Positions 1-13,156 of a stretch of 64,000 bases of DNA are shown here, piece after piece. The notes under the pieces were generated by a model. The model made no database searches, was not told the origin of the DNA, and was given only the letters and a program-made list of their open reading frames with translations. The DNA comes from Chiloscyllium plagiosum (taxonomy: Eukaryota). The DNA lies in the NCBI RefSeq assembly GCF_004010195.1, contig NC_057717.1, positions 104,817,904 to 104,881,903 on the forward strand. Direction: 5' to 3'. Positions within the stretch are counted from its first letter, which is position 1, and each line of letters starts with the position of its first letter. Both the position numbers and the translations under genes were made by a program.

Positions 1-195
1 TTTCTTCCTCTCTCGTGAATCGGATTCCTGTGAGTGTGGCATTGATGATCCGGTGTGTGTTCTCTATTTCTGTGTTTTTAATGATTACAAAGGTGTCATC
101 GACGTATCTGACCCAGAGTTTGGGTTGAATTTGTGGTAAGACTGTTTGTTCTAACCTTTGCATTACCACTTTTGCTATGAGTCCAAAGATGGGTG

Positions 196-329
196 AGGAG
201 GAAGTGAGGTCTGCAGATGCTGGAGATCAGAGCTGGAAATGTGTTGCTGGAAAAGCGCAGCAGGTCAGGCAGCATCCAGGGAATAGGAGAATCGACGTTT
301 CGGGCATAAGCCCTTCTTCAGGAATGGAA
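196..329 (-). mobile_element. Short PLE pLTR-derived repeat (family A) nested in the Penelope RT
   Basis: Same gtgaggactgcagatgctgg...gctggaaaagcgcagcaggtcaggcagcatc sequence as about 8 other copies in the window; it splits the GTPMG/SP motif. Confidence 0.8.
289..326 (-). ncRNA. Minimal type I hammerhead ribozyme motif (family A)
   Basis: The minus strand reads attc-CTGAAGA-A-GGGC-ttat-GCCC-GAAAC-GTC-gatt: intact core, 4-bp stem II, ACGT palindrome as stem III, weak stem I. Confidence 0.65.
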
Positions 330-1285
330 AGCCCATGGGTGTGCCGTTGGTTTGTTCATATATTTGGTTGTTGAATGTGAAGTGTGTTGTGAGGCACAGG
401 TCCAGTAGTTTGAGTATGCAGTCTTTGTTAATAGGTTCCCCGTCTTGTTGTCTGTTTTGTATGTCCAGCAGGTTGGCTATTGTTTCTCTGGCTAGGGTTT
501 TGTCGATAGAGGTGAACAGTGCCGTTACGTCGAATGAGACCATGGTTTCTTCCTTGTCTATGTGTATATTTCTGATGATGTCCAAGAATTCCTGTGTTGA
601 CTGTATAGAGTGTCTGGATCCGCTGATCAGGTGTTTCAGTTTCTTTAGCCAGTTCTTTAGCCAGTTTGTGTGATGGTGTCCCTGGTAGTGACACTATGGG
701 TCTGAGTGGGATGTCTGGTTTGTGCACATTGGGTAGTCCATAGAATCTGGGGGTGTTGTTGCTTTCACAGGTTTCATTCTCTGTAGGTCCGACCTGGTTA
801 TCTGTCCGTTTTTTTGTAGGTTCCTCAGTGTGTTGTTTATCCTATTGGTGAGCTGTGGGGTGGGGTCAAACTCCCTCTTTTGGTAGGTATTGGTATCTGC
901 AAGTAGTTGGTGCGCTTTTTGGATGTACTCTGCTTTGTCCAGGATGACCGTCATTCTGCCTTTGTCTGCTGGTAGTATGATTATGTTCTTATTGTTTCTT
1001 TTAGTGCTTCCCTCTCCTTGGTGTTGAGGTTATGTGTTTGTCTTTTCCTTGTTATCAGGGGTACGATACTTTGTCTCACTGTTTGTTGTGTCTCTTTTGT
1101 CAGTCCATTGTTTTTGAGTGTGCATTCTAGTGCTGCCAGGAAGTCTGTTGTCTTGGCGTCCCTGTGATTGTCGTTGAGTCCCCTGGCCAGTATTGCTCTT
1201 TCCGTGTCTGTGAGCTGTCTGTGGGAGAGGTTTCTAACCCAGGAGTGTGTTGTGATGTCCTCTCTGTTGTGTGTTAGTTTGGTCA

Positions 1286-1587
1286 TTTTGGACAACACCA
1301 CTATCATAGGACAAGCCAAACAGAGACTAGCCAGGGAATTCCTAGAGGCATGGCACTCATCCACAGATTCAATCAATAAGCACATTGATCTGGACCCAAT
1401 ATACCAGCCACTGCAGCGGACAGCTGGAACTGACAACCGGAAGCAGCAGATACAAATCACTATAAATGCCGGAGGAAACATCACAGAAGTGCTTCACAGG
1501 AGGCTCCCAAGCACTGAGGATGTCACCTAGACAGGGGACGAAACGCCTGCAACACAAATTCCCAGCTCGGCGAACAGAACCACAACA
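1286..1587 (+). mobile_element. Inverted Penelope 3' end (endonuclease C-terminus plus pLTR)
   Basis: DNTTIIGQAKQRLAREFLEAWHS resembles the PLE GIY-YIG domain C-terminus; it is opposite in orientation to the adjacent RT; hammerhead-like motif at 1511-1550. Confidence 0.8.
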
Positions 1588-3059
1588 TTAGAAGTACACT
1601 GAGGAAGGAACACAAGCCAATTAATACTTCAGATTGACCTCTAGATTAGAAGTGGCATATTCCAGCTGGAGAATCCTATTTTCCACCAACCCCAAAAGTT
1701 TTTTGTTTTCCCTTTTTCAGTGGTACTACATCTTTGTTAATCTGTTAAAAGAGTTTCTGATTTTGCCAGATCAGATGATTAATCCAAATAAATTATCTTT
1801 TGTTTCTCACGTGCTGATTGTATTACATTTATAAAAGGCAGGAGTCAAAATTTATTTTCCTCTTTGAAACATTAGTGCAGAAGACAATTTTGAAATTGCT
1901 TTGATGGTTCAGTATAATCATCCAGTTATACATTATAATGTGCAGCATTACAGACAGGTAACATAATGCAAAATGGTACAACTTCCATGAAGCATGTATA
2001 TGACAGAACATGCATTGGCACAGGAATAGGTCTCAGACATCACTCACATGAGACATTAATGAGGGAGAATGCATTGACAAAAAAAAGATGATGACCTCAT
2101 TAGTAAGCAATCCATCACTGACTGCAACTTCTGTCCAACAGATTCAGATGTACAATTTTAGGAAAACAGGCTGTACCATGTTTTTGCTTTCTTGGACTTC
2201 CTTTGGATGCTAATGCTAGTGAGATAATCTCACCCACCTTCTGTGCAATGCAATATCATTGTTCTCTTCCACTAATAATACAAATGCCAAGTGTTACTCA
2301 GACATCCAACTGGTTCAATCTGGATCATTTATGAGAGGGAAAGAAAACTATAAAGAAATAATTACCTGATTTGAAATTCTGAATCTGAAACCATATCATT
2401 TCACTTACGCTTAAGGTGTCAAAAAAGACATGCATTTATTAGGAATCCTTTGATTCCTCCTTCAGCAGTTGCACTCTACTCGATTATGATGAAATACACA
2501 TTTATTATGCCAGCAAAAATAAGCTCATTACAGTATAAGATTCATGATGTGAAAAGGACATTCAGTCAAAAGAGTATACAATCTAATTCACCCAGTCTCA
2601 TATTTAACTGTAACTAGAATGTCCCCAATGCCTCTGATACTACTGCCTTCTCACTCAGATTATTTCAAATATTCATTACCCTTCACTAAAGATATATTTT
2701 CAAAGAATGGTTATAAATTTATTTTCACTAACTTGAATATTTATCCTTTAAATATTGGCTTAACATAATCAGTGTTCATCTCACCTACATAACTTAATAT
2801 TTCATACACACAGAGAGAGGGAATGCCTTTAATCTATATTTTCTCTGAATTATAGAGCAAAATTGTTCTAGATTTTCCTCAAACTTCATCCTCTATATAA
2901 TGAAAATAACTCCTTTACTTCTTATTTCCTCCCATGTCTGCACATTCCTTTTGAAGTATAATAACAGGAGATACATACAGCACTCCACAAGCTTTGACTA
3001 GCACAATAATAAGCTTCACAGTACCATCATAGATTTGTTTTCCACAGACTTAACCACAA

Positions 3060-3790
3060 TAAGACGTAGCAGCAAAAGTAGGCCAATCAGCCCATCGACG
3101 CTGCTCTGCTATTCAACAAGATCATGATTGATCTGATAATCCTTAACTCCACTTTCCTGTCTCTATGGCAGTCCTGAGAACATTTAATGACCCAGCCTTG
3201 ACAGGGATTCACTACCCTCTGATAGAAGAGATTTCCTCTCATCTCTGTCTTAAAAATGTGACCTCTTATTCTAAGACGATGCCCTTTGGCCTTAGATTCT
3301 CCCACAATGGGAAACAACCTCTCCATATCTACCTTATGAAGTCTCCTAAGAATCTTGTGTGGTTCAATGAAATCACTTTTTACTCTTCTAAATTCCAATG
3401 AGTACAATGCTTCTCAATGTCTCTTCATAAGACAATCCCGCAATACCTAGTATCTGCCCAGGGAACTTAATCTGGACTGGACACTATATCTCTCTCTAGG
3501 TAAGTGCGCTAAAAATGTTCACATATTCCAGCTGTGGTCTGACTTGTGTCTTGCATAGTTTTAGCAAAGCCTCTTTACTGCATTCCCTTTGAAATAAAGG
3601 CCAACATTCCATTTATTACCCAATGAACTTGAATGCTAGCTTTTTGTGATGCATGAATTAGGACTCCAAATCCCTGTGTGCTGAAGTTTTCTGCAAACTT
3701 TTTATTTAAGCAATATTCAGCTCTTCTATTCTTCCTGACAAAGTGCATAATCTCACATTTCTCACATTATATTCGTTGTGCCATTACAGC
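3060..3790 (-). mobile_element. CR1-type LINE 3' fragment (degenerate)
   Basis: ORF 3087..3407 YSLEFRRVKSDFIE...KGHRLRIRG...FYQRVVN is a typical CR1 ORF2 C-terminus. Confidence 0.8.
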
Positions 3791-5080
3791 AAGACTACAT
3801 TTCCCAACAATCTATGTTCTCTAATTCCTTTAACTAATGTAGTCAAAAACTAAGTGAAGGTACCAGTATAACATAGGTATTGAGTGATAGACAGCCAGTC
3901 GTGCATACAACTCATATGTTTGCCAAATTCCTTGTATCCATAATCAGTCAGAACGGGAGCATCACAGAACGATATGCTTGAGTATTTGTTTCTGTTGCTC
4001 GAGGTGAGAAATGGTTAATAGCTGTGATAGGTAGGGAATGATTGGAACAAAAAGTATGGAAAGAGTGTTAAATTATTCAAAAATTGGAAAATTGAGCATG
4101 GAATTAACAAAGGGTGATGGAAAAGCTGACTGCACCAAAGGGGATATTTAGAGAAATTTGAAACATATATTTTGAAAGGATGCTTCTTCTTTGGTTCAAA
4201 TGGACAGATCCCATATAGCTCCAAACAATATTGAAATACTTGTTGCAGTTGATCTTCTCAGAAAATATTTCAGAAACAACTTTTAAACTGTATTCACTAC
4301 TTAGCGATTTTCACAATTTTCAATGTTTTCACAAGTGTATGTACTTTTTGCAATCTGCCTCTTCAACATGCACATTGGGAATAAGAAGAAAACAAGAGAA
4401 GGGGTATCCAGAACATTAAATACACTAAGCCATATGTATTGTTCAAGTCAAGATAAGAAGAGAATGGTTTAACTTCTTGTCTCAAGACTTAAATGAACCT
4501 TTTGATACTCCTACTCCATCCCTAAACATGTTTGATTCAATTATTCACTGTTGTGTTTTGTTTCCCTTTCAATTTTATATGACCCCCACCCAAGGTACTG
4601 TCACGGAGTGGGTTATAGTTTGTGGGCAATAGATAGCTTTTGATATCTCTCACAAGTGCTTAGTTTTCCTCCTTAGCCTGGACAGTGACTGACAGCAGGA
4701 TAGCTGCAACTGGTCAAAACAGCTGAGCCTAGCAGCCAAACACATACTTCCACCATAGGTTACTTGAACAATCATTATGAACTGAGACACAGCCCTTCCT
4801 AACCAAGAAATGTTAAAGTAAACAATAGTATCTGTACCACCACCTTTAACAAGTTCAATCAATTTAACATGGATTGGTGTTAGAAGCGAGGGACTTTCCT
4901 GGTCTGAATAGATCAGTGCACCTGCAGACTGAGATATCAGGTTTAGAACAGAAATTACTTTAACAAAAGAAAGTTCAGCGTATTTCTGCAACAATCTTCT
5001 GCTTAATACTTTAATGAAAGTATTAATCTTCCTGTTAATGAGTTAACACTCCTGCCAAATTAAGGGAATTTGACACACTC

Positions 5081-5436
5081 GTGGGCGGCACGGTGGAAGT
5101 GGGCGGCACGGTGGCAGTGGGCAGCACGGTGGCACAGTGGTTAGCACTGCTGTCTCACAGCGCCAGAGACCCGGGTTCAATTCCCGCCTCAGGCGACTGA
5201 CTGTGTGGAGTTTGCACATTCTCCCCGTGTCTGCGTGGGTTTCCTCCGGGTGCTCGGGTTTCCTCACACAGTCCAAAAATGTGCAGGTTAGATGAATTGG
5301 CCATGCTAAATTGCCCGTAGTGTTAGGTAAGGGGAAATGTAGGGATATGGGTGGGTTACACTTCAGCGGGTCGGTGTGGACTTGTTGGGCCGAAGGCCCT
5401 GTTTCCACACTGTAATCTAATCTAATCTAATCTAAT
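5081..5436 (+). mobile_element. HE1-type tRNA-derived SINE with a triplicated 5' head and (TAATC)n tail
   Basis: A box tggcacagtgg, B box ggttcaattcc, tail taatctaatctaatc; near-identical copies at 31537-31855 and 54824-55136. Confidence 0.85.
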
Positions 5437-5756
5437 TTTATCCATTAATGTGTTTAACAGTATTTGTTTGCGTTGTGCTAATTTTCTTAGCTATAGCCAG
5501 AGCTACACTGTCCCTCACACCTGTTCCAAAACCGCACCCCAATGATTCTGAACACTTATGAAAACTTAAAATTTGAGAACACTTGCTAAGTAGAGACAAC
5601 ATGCATTCCACATCCTCTCTCTGCAAGCATAGAGATACGAGCAGAGTGTACGTACCATGTCTCTCATTGAAAAACTGAGAAAAGAATGAACAGGCTGCAT
5701 ACAAAGACCCTAGGCAGCAGGACCTTCCATGCAGATACATGAGATCAGGAAGACAC

Positions 5757-6256
5757 NNNNNNNNNNNNNNNNNNNNNNNNNNNNNNNNNNNNNNNNNNNN
5801 NNNNNNNNNNNNNNNNNNNNNNNNNNNNNNNNNNNNNNNNNNNNNNNNNNNNNNNNNNNNNNNNNNNNNNNNNNNNNNNNNNNNNNNNNNNNNNNNNNNN
5901 NNNNNNNNNNNNNNNNNNNNNNNNNNNNNNNNNNNNNNNNNNNNNNNNNNNNNNNNNNNNNNNNNNNNNNNNNNNNNNNNNNNNNNNNNNNNNNNNNNNN
6001 NNNNNNNNNNNNNNNNNNNNNNNNNNNNNNNNNNNNNNNNNNNNNNNNNNNNNNNNNNNNNNNNNNNNNNNNNNNNNNNNNNNNNNNNNNNNNNNNNNNN
6101 NNNNNNNNNNNNNNNNNNNNNNNNNNNNNNNNNNNNNNNNNNNNNNNNNNNNNNNNNNNNNNNNNNNNNNNNNNNNNNNNNNNNNNNNNNNNNNNNNNNN
6201 NNNNNNNNNNNNNNNNNNNNNNNNNNNNNNNNNNNNNNNNNNNNNNNNNNNNNNNN
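5757..6256. other. Assembly gap (500 N)
   Basis: N run. Confidence 1.
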
Positions 6257-8071
6257 TAGATCGCATTTGATGGATTGCTTAACTCTTTTGTATGCTGTAG
6301 AAGTTGTTTGACATACATTTGGGCTGTACTGAGGCTTCATCAGAGCAACACTTCATTTTTAAGTTAATGCTGTTCCTGGCTTGCCTTTTTGCATCCTTCA
6401 TTGAACCAAGTTTGATTTCCTGGTCCGGTAGGAATGGTACAGTTGTGGGTATGATGATCCGTGAGAATACAGATTGCTTTGGCTATAATTTGCTGCCCCT
6501 GATGGCCCATAGGTCATTATGGATACCTAGCTTTAAGTTTTAGATCTGTTTGAAATCGCTCCCATTTGATACCCACACATTAGTTGGTGTTCGTTACAGA
6601 CAGCATCAGCATTGGGGGTGCAGTAGGTGTCAATCAGCAGGAAGTTTTCTTCATGTATATTTGACGTAATGCCACGAGACCTCACATATCTAAAATCAAT
6701 ATTGAGTAGTCCCAAGGCAATTGCATACCACTGGTCTGCCCCGTCAGGTTTACCAGGGTTGGCCACTGTAGTTTTTGTAAGGTCTGATCCATGAGTATGG
6801 CTGTCTCAAGCTAGTGCTTGACTAGTCTGTGGGAGAACTCTCCTAATTTTAGAATTATATTAACACAAGTAATTCTGTTTCTCTTCTTTATAACCATGAT
6901 TTTACAGCTTCAGCTTCTACTCATTGTTCCCACCTCTAACCTTTCCACTCTTTGGTAACATTTCCCCAATGTTTGTTGCCTTCTGCACATTTGGCTTATT
7001 TCTTATCTCTTGATAGATCTTTGCTTCCTTGTCTATCAATCACTCCACATATTGCTTGCTATCTGTGTATGGACTTCTTCCCCACATCATAGGGATTCTG
7101 GACTACTAGCTGTCACAGAAAACTGTTTTAAAAACTTTAGCAGAACATTACAATGAAAAGTTACATCAAGTTCATTATTACATATTAAGATGTAACGGAA
7201 TTCAATTCAGTTTTTGAAGACTGCATTTTACCCCTGAAGTTTTGTTTTCATATCCCTCTTGAAGAAACTAAATTCCTAGTACATTTCCAAGTGCTGTCTG
7301 TACTTCTATAACTCGCCAAGTGAAATAGATTGCTGCCAATTTGATCAGAGAAGTTACATCTGAAGCAATCCCAATACGATCCTTCTGGCTTTAGTACACT
7401 TAGCAGATTCAATCTCTAAAAAAATTATGTTGAATTTATGGCATAGACATAGATCTTCTTTGAACATGTACTTGTATTTGCATCTCCCTCTCTTGCTTAG
7501 ATTCAATTTAAATGCATCTATGCTATCTGTCTCAATTAGACCATATGGCAACAGGTTCCATATCTGACTACTCCTGAATTCCCCATCAGATTTATTAATA
7601 ACCATCTTATACAGAATGGTTCCAGTATTAGAGAATTTCAACCATCATGTAGCTCTTGCTCTCCAATTGAGCAATTTACCAAGAGCCAGTCTCCCGTACT
7701 TTTGCACATTCTTCTATTTCAGATTATAATCTAGTTCACTCTTAAATGCCTTGTTTGAACATCCCTCCACTAGCGTCAGATTGTGCATTCCAGATCTCGG
7801 ACACTCACTTGTGAAAATAGTGTTCCTCATGTCTCCACGGATGGTCTTTAGCTTTGGATTTCGCACACAAGTGGAAAATACTCTTTATGCTTATGCTATT
7901 AAAAGCCTTTTATAACCTCAAAGATCTCTCATCAGGAATTGGTGGTGGTATCCTTGGCAGTTTTAACTCACTCTTATTCAGATAATGAAGCCAATTGTTG
8001 CATTTTGACTGTCAAGCTAGCTAAGATCAGTTAACTGCAAAGAACCTTGGACTGCCCAACTCTCCATGTTA

Positions 8072-8185
<114 letters not shown>

Positions 8186-9079
8186 TCAGTTTACTCATTG
8201 ATGATGAACAACAATCATTATTAATATCATAAGAAATAGAAGAAGCAATAGATCATTCATCTCCTTGAGCCAGCTCTGCCTTTCAACAAAGCCATGGTCA
8301 ATCACATTGTCACCTTAAGTCCACTTTCCTGCCATTCAGCTGATTGTGCCTGCATTGGTTATTTGAATGAGCAATAAGGTTGTAATTCTGAGTCCATGAG
8401 TGCCATGCACATCATAGAGTTCACCCTTATGAACTCAAAACATTCCAGGAAGTTTTTCAATTACATAAAGGATACTGAAGATACGAAGATAATTGGTAAC
8501 ACAGTGTGCTGGTCTACTGAAGATATACATCACGAAGTGACTGAGCAAAGCTCTTTACATGCCAAATCTTTGACACCAGCTAAACTGTCTGGATCAACTA
8601 AAAGATGCTGCCTGAGATAGGCCATTACAATGTGACTGATAATGAAAATTGATAAGATCTTCAGCTGACTACTGGTAAAAGTGTTTTAAACAGACTTGGG
8701 ATAGTTCTACAGAGTAGAAAGAAGTCCTTTGGTCTATCATGTCCACTACAATCATCAATCACTGATCTATTTTAGTCCTGTTTTTCGACCTTTGGCCCAC
8801 TGAAGCTATGCACTGTGGTAGCGCTGTGCTGGTTCGAGGAATGAGAGTGGCTGAAGACAAAAATCTCTGTAAATTTCTGTGACAAGGTATCATACAATAT
8901 TAACATTCTTTTATAATCTCAAGTGAATGCAGATACTGTCCAGGCCAATTCAATTTGGCTAGTCATTTCCCATTTTAGGCCAGGGTGTAATAGTAGGTAT
9001 CTTTTTCTTCCCTGGACTACAGACAGAAACTGTGAAAAAGGAACATAATTTTAAAAGGGAAGAATGTACATTGGTGATC

Positions 9080-10515
9080 ATCTCCCAATATTCTGTAGAT
9101 TTTTAAACAGGTCCTACAGATTGGAAGGTAGCTAATGTAACCCCACTATTTAAAAGGGGAGGTAGAGAGAAAACAGGGAATTATAGACCATTGAGTCTAA
9201 TGTTGGTAGAGGGGAAGGTGCTAGAATCCAATTTCATGGATTTTATAGCAGAGCATTTAGAAAAAAGTAGTAGAATGAGGGCAAAGTCAGTATGAATTTA
9301 CAAAAGGGAAATTATACTTGACAAACCTTCTGAACTTTCAAAGGTGTAACTAGTAGAATCGATTACGGGCAGCCTGTGAATATGGTTTACTTAGACTTTT
9401 AAAAGGCTTCCAACAAAATCATACATAAGAGATTAATATGTAAAACTTAACTGCACGGGAGATGGATAAAAATTGGTTACCAGACAGGCAACAAGGAGTA
9501 GGAATAAAAGGATCTTTTTCGGAGCAGCAGGCAGAGTGTAGTGGGGTAATGCAGGGATCAATATTAGGACCCCAGCTATTCACAATGTATGCTAATAATT
9601 TAGATGGGGGAATTAAATGTAATGTCTTAAAATGTGCAGATGATACAAAGCTGGGTGGAGGGTGAGCTGTGAGGAGGAGGCAGAAAGGTTACAGTGTGAT
9701 TTGGACAGGTTGAGTGAATGAGCAAATGCATGGCAGATGTGAATATAACATAATGTAGACAAATGGGAGGTTATCCACTTTGGCAGCAAAAATAGGAAGG
9801 CAGATTGTAATGTGAGTGGCTGTAAATTGAACGAGGGGAATGGTCAATGAGACCTGGATGTCCTTGTGCACCAGTTGCTGAAAGTAAGTGCGCATATGCA
9901 GCAGGCAGTAAAGAAGGCAAACTGTATACTGGCCTTCAAAGTGAGAGGATTCAAGTACAGGAACAAGGATGCCTTGCTGCAATTATTAAGGGCATTGGTA
10001 AGACACAGTTTTGGTCACTTTATCTGAGGAAGGATGCTATTGCTATATAGGGAGCACAGTGAATATTTACCAAATTGATTCCTGGGATGACATGCAGAGA
10101 GATTGACTCATATAAGATGGTATTCACTTGAGTTTAGAAGAAAGAGGGATTTATCTCATAGAAATCTATAAAATTACAACAGGACTAGACAGTTTAGATG
10201 CAAGAAGGATGTTCTCAATGGTGGTGGAGTCTAGAACTAGGGGCCATAGTTTAAGGATGAGGGGTAAATCTTTCACGATTGAAATAAGGTGAGACTGGTG
10301 AGCCTGTGGAATTCACTACCCCAGGATGGTTGAAACAAAACATAATGTGTATTCAAGGAGGAGGCAGATCTAACTTGTGGCTAAACAGATCAAGGCATGG
10401 GGGGACAGTGGATTAGGCCACTGAGCTTACTGATCAGGCATAATCATATTGAGTGGCGGAGCAGACACAAGGGATCAAATGGTCTACTCTAGCTCCTATC
10501 TTTTATGTTTCTATG
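9080..10515 (+). mobile_element. CR1-type LINE, degenerate RT to 3' end
   Basis: NVTPLFKRG..GNYRP, QGSILGPQLF and ADDTKLGG motifs with stops and frameshifts. Confidence 0.85.
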
Positions 10516-10689
10516 TTTACAAAGAGTTGTTTGCAGCTTGAAAAAGCAAGGGCAGCTGAGTGATGCATATGAGACAATATTATGTTTTGAGGACATTAAA
10601 TCCAGACAAGTTGGCACCATTATTGTGGGTTGAGGAGAGCTCAGCATAGCAACAACCCTCTTACTGGTCAGACTGCAGTTTAATACAGA

Positions 10690-10975
10690 TTCTGAGGGAA
10701 ATGAAACAGAGTGAAGCAAGAAAACATCCAGAAACTAGCTGCGTCAATTTTTGTCTCCCTCCTTTCTCTGTAAAGTTGCTTTCTCTAACTTTCATTTTAA
10801 CAGGAAATGACATCACCATAGGAAATGACATCACCAACTCAAAGAAACCCAAATATATAAATAGAAAGCATGAATCATCAGCAATGCTTCGTCCGGAGGC
10901 TCATTGAAGATGTTACCTAGTATGGTGATGGAATGTCTGAACATGAATCTTCCAGCTCAGCAAGCAAACCTACCA
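10690..10975 (+). mobile_element. Old Penelope pLTR fragment (related to family B)
   Basis: Contains a tandem aggaaatgacatcacca repeat, a decayed hammerhead (tca-ttgaaga-tgttacc..ggtgat-ggaa-tgtc-tga, 10901-10940) and ccagctcag as at 1562. Confidence 0.55.
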
Positions 10976-13026
10976 TCCTTAATTTGGAATGTTTTTTTTT
11001 AGTGACTTGCTTTTCAGTGTTCTGATCAAGAGGACATTGTTATAGTTACTAACAATGGGAAAGTAAGGTGGGACTATCCAAAGGGGAATTGGGGCTGTGT
11101 TCCCTGGTGGCACATTCAGGTGAATCAGAGATAGCTCAGTCAGAAACAAAGTGTTGATCGTTTATCTCACTTTCTACTCAGCTGTGCACCTTATAACTAA
11201 TGTCAAGGGCCATGCTCTCATGACCACATACTCTGGGAGAACTAGACTGGTCCAGAGCAGTTGAAGCACTAGAAGCTTTTTTAAGTATCCAGCAGTCTAC
11301 TTGAGATAGTTTCCCCTGCAACATAGTCCTCATACACTGCCACCCATGTGCACAGATTGGGAACTGGAACAACGAGCCAATGGTTAGTGCTAGCCTTTTT
11401 AACCCAGTAGTATCCCTCTTCAGGCTCAAATAGTGAAAGCACAGGAAACGGAGGCAAAATAAAGTCATTCTGATAATTGACAGGTGTTATTATACCAAGT
11501 GAGACCACCAAATTTGTGTTACAACTGTTCCAGGAACCAATAACTTTTATTTTTCAAGTATACAAGTATAAGGTCCAGGGGGCTTCTCAAGAGAATAAAG
11601 TCACAAAATTCAATGGGTTTTAAACAAACAACAATATACCTTACTATGGAACTTTAGAACAGTAATACAATCAACAATGCACGTACAAATCATTTCTATT
11701 ATTCTGAATTAACATATAGTAAAAACTGGTAATAGATTGTGATTGAATAATCCACAGTGCACATCAAGTAGCAAAGGCAATCAAGACAGATCCCACAAAT
11801 TTCTCAGCAATGCCTCCCAAACATTAATGTCATGGTAGATTACCAAATCTTATTAAAATTTATGAATTTATAATTTTATAATTTATAAAATTTATAAATT
11901 TTAATTTTGTCAATCTTAAATCTCCCTCTCAAGAGCTGCTCCCTCATGTAATACCTCAGCAATTACTCCTATTCAAGTCAATTACGCTCCATTCCTAGTT
12001 TTTGCTCCAAAGACTGAGAAATTGCAAACGTATACTCACTCATAAGCATAATTCCAGCTCTTCATCAACAGCTAACTTCACCAAGCTAAAACTGTCCCTG
12101 GGTTTTTCCTGCATTCTCATTTTTTATTTATTCACTGTGAGGTGTAGGCATCATTAGCTAGGCCAACATTTATTGCCCATCCTGAGTTGTCCATGAGAAG
12201 GTGGTGGTGAGCTACCATCTTGAACCACTGCAGTTCATGGGCTGCTGATAGACCTACAATGCTATTATGGAGGAAATTGCATAATGATACTGCCCACCCT
12301 GAAGAATCCCCTTCTCCCCTTCCACCTCCATCTGATTAGCAACTACTTTTCAGCTTTATCTCCTCTACTCCTTTCTCCCTGTCAGGATGTAGACTTAGGG
12401 AATGGAAACAGCATGAGTCATAATTTGGAGATGTGGTCTAAACAGATAACTTGAATTTTGAATCAAGACCTTGAACACGAGTCATACACCTCCTTGTATA
12501 CTTTATCAACTTAAAATAGCAGTTCTACAAACACAAAAACATATGGTCAGCTGGGTAAGATGTCAAATTGCAGTGTTAAAATTGAAAATGGAAAGGCTAA
12601 TATCAAATCAGGTTTACAGGTTAATTGGCACCATCATATGCATTCACTTCACTGGCACATGATGGTTGTCACATATACACGTGCTAACTGCCAGGCTGGA
12701 GACTGGTACAACCCACATCAAAAGTTTGAGTGCAATGTAAATGCCATTTTGAACACAAAAAGGAATCCATAACACCAAAAATATGTGCACTGCACAATTG
12801 CATGTGGTGGACATAGAAGGATAACTTGGCAATTTTGTCTACTGAATCTGTTCTGTCATTTTTTGACAATTGTTGTTTAGCTGTTTTACTTTTAAATTTA
12901 TTTCCCTCCCCCTTTTATATACACAGAATTATTCACAACATTTGGCTCTATCATTTCCATTGCAGCAGTGACCCTTTTAAAGACAGAGATCAAAGGTTTA
13001 CTATATATTAATTGGCAATAGCTTAC

Positions 13027-13156
13027 ATTATTTCTTGTGGCAGTTGGTTGGACAGGATCTTCTGCAGCCAGTGCAATACTGCTCATTGCGATGACGATGA
13101 GGATACACATTTCAAAGTAGCGTAAATTTACAATGTAATGGCAGGCTCGGCGCAGT
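13027..13156 (-). CDS. CACNA1A: CACNA1A exon 22-equivalent (130 nt): [43 protein letters not shown] (IIIS1)
   Basis: gacag acceptor and gtaagc donor; overlaps ORF 12898..13110. Confidence 0.96.

Larger units (their letters stand above)
1..1285 (-). mobile_element. Penelope-like retroelement, frameshifted reverse-transcriptase fragment
   Basis: PLE RT motifs are split across frames: [31 protein letters not shown], plus a YVDD-like gatacgtcgatgac near 95-110. It is interrupted by an insertion at about 196-329. Confidence 0.88.

Noticed and set aside
5117..5190. tRNA-like A and B boxes
   Set aside because: This is a SINE head repeated in several copies with a common body and tail, not a tRNA gene.
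5438..6340. Long ORFs spanning 5757-6256
   Set aside because: Artefacts of translating through an N gap.
11850..11910. AT-rich quasi-palindromic stretch
   Set aside because: Simple low-complexity sequence with no supportable function.
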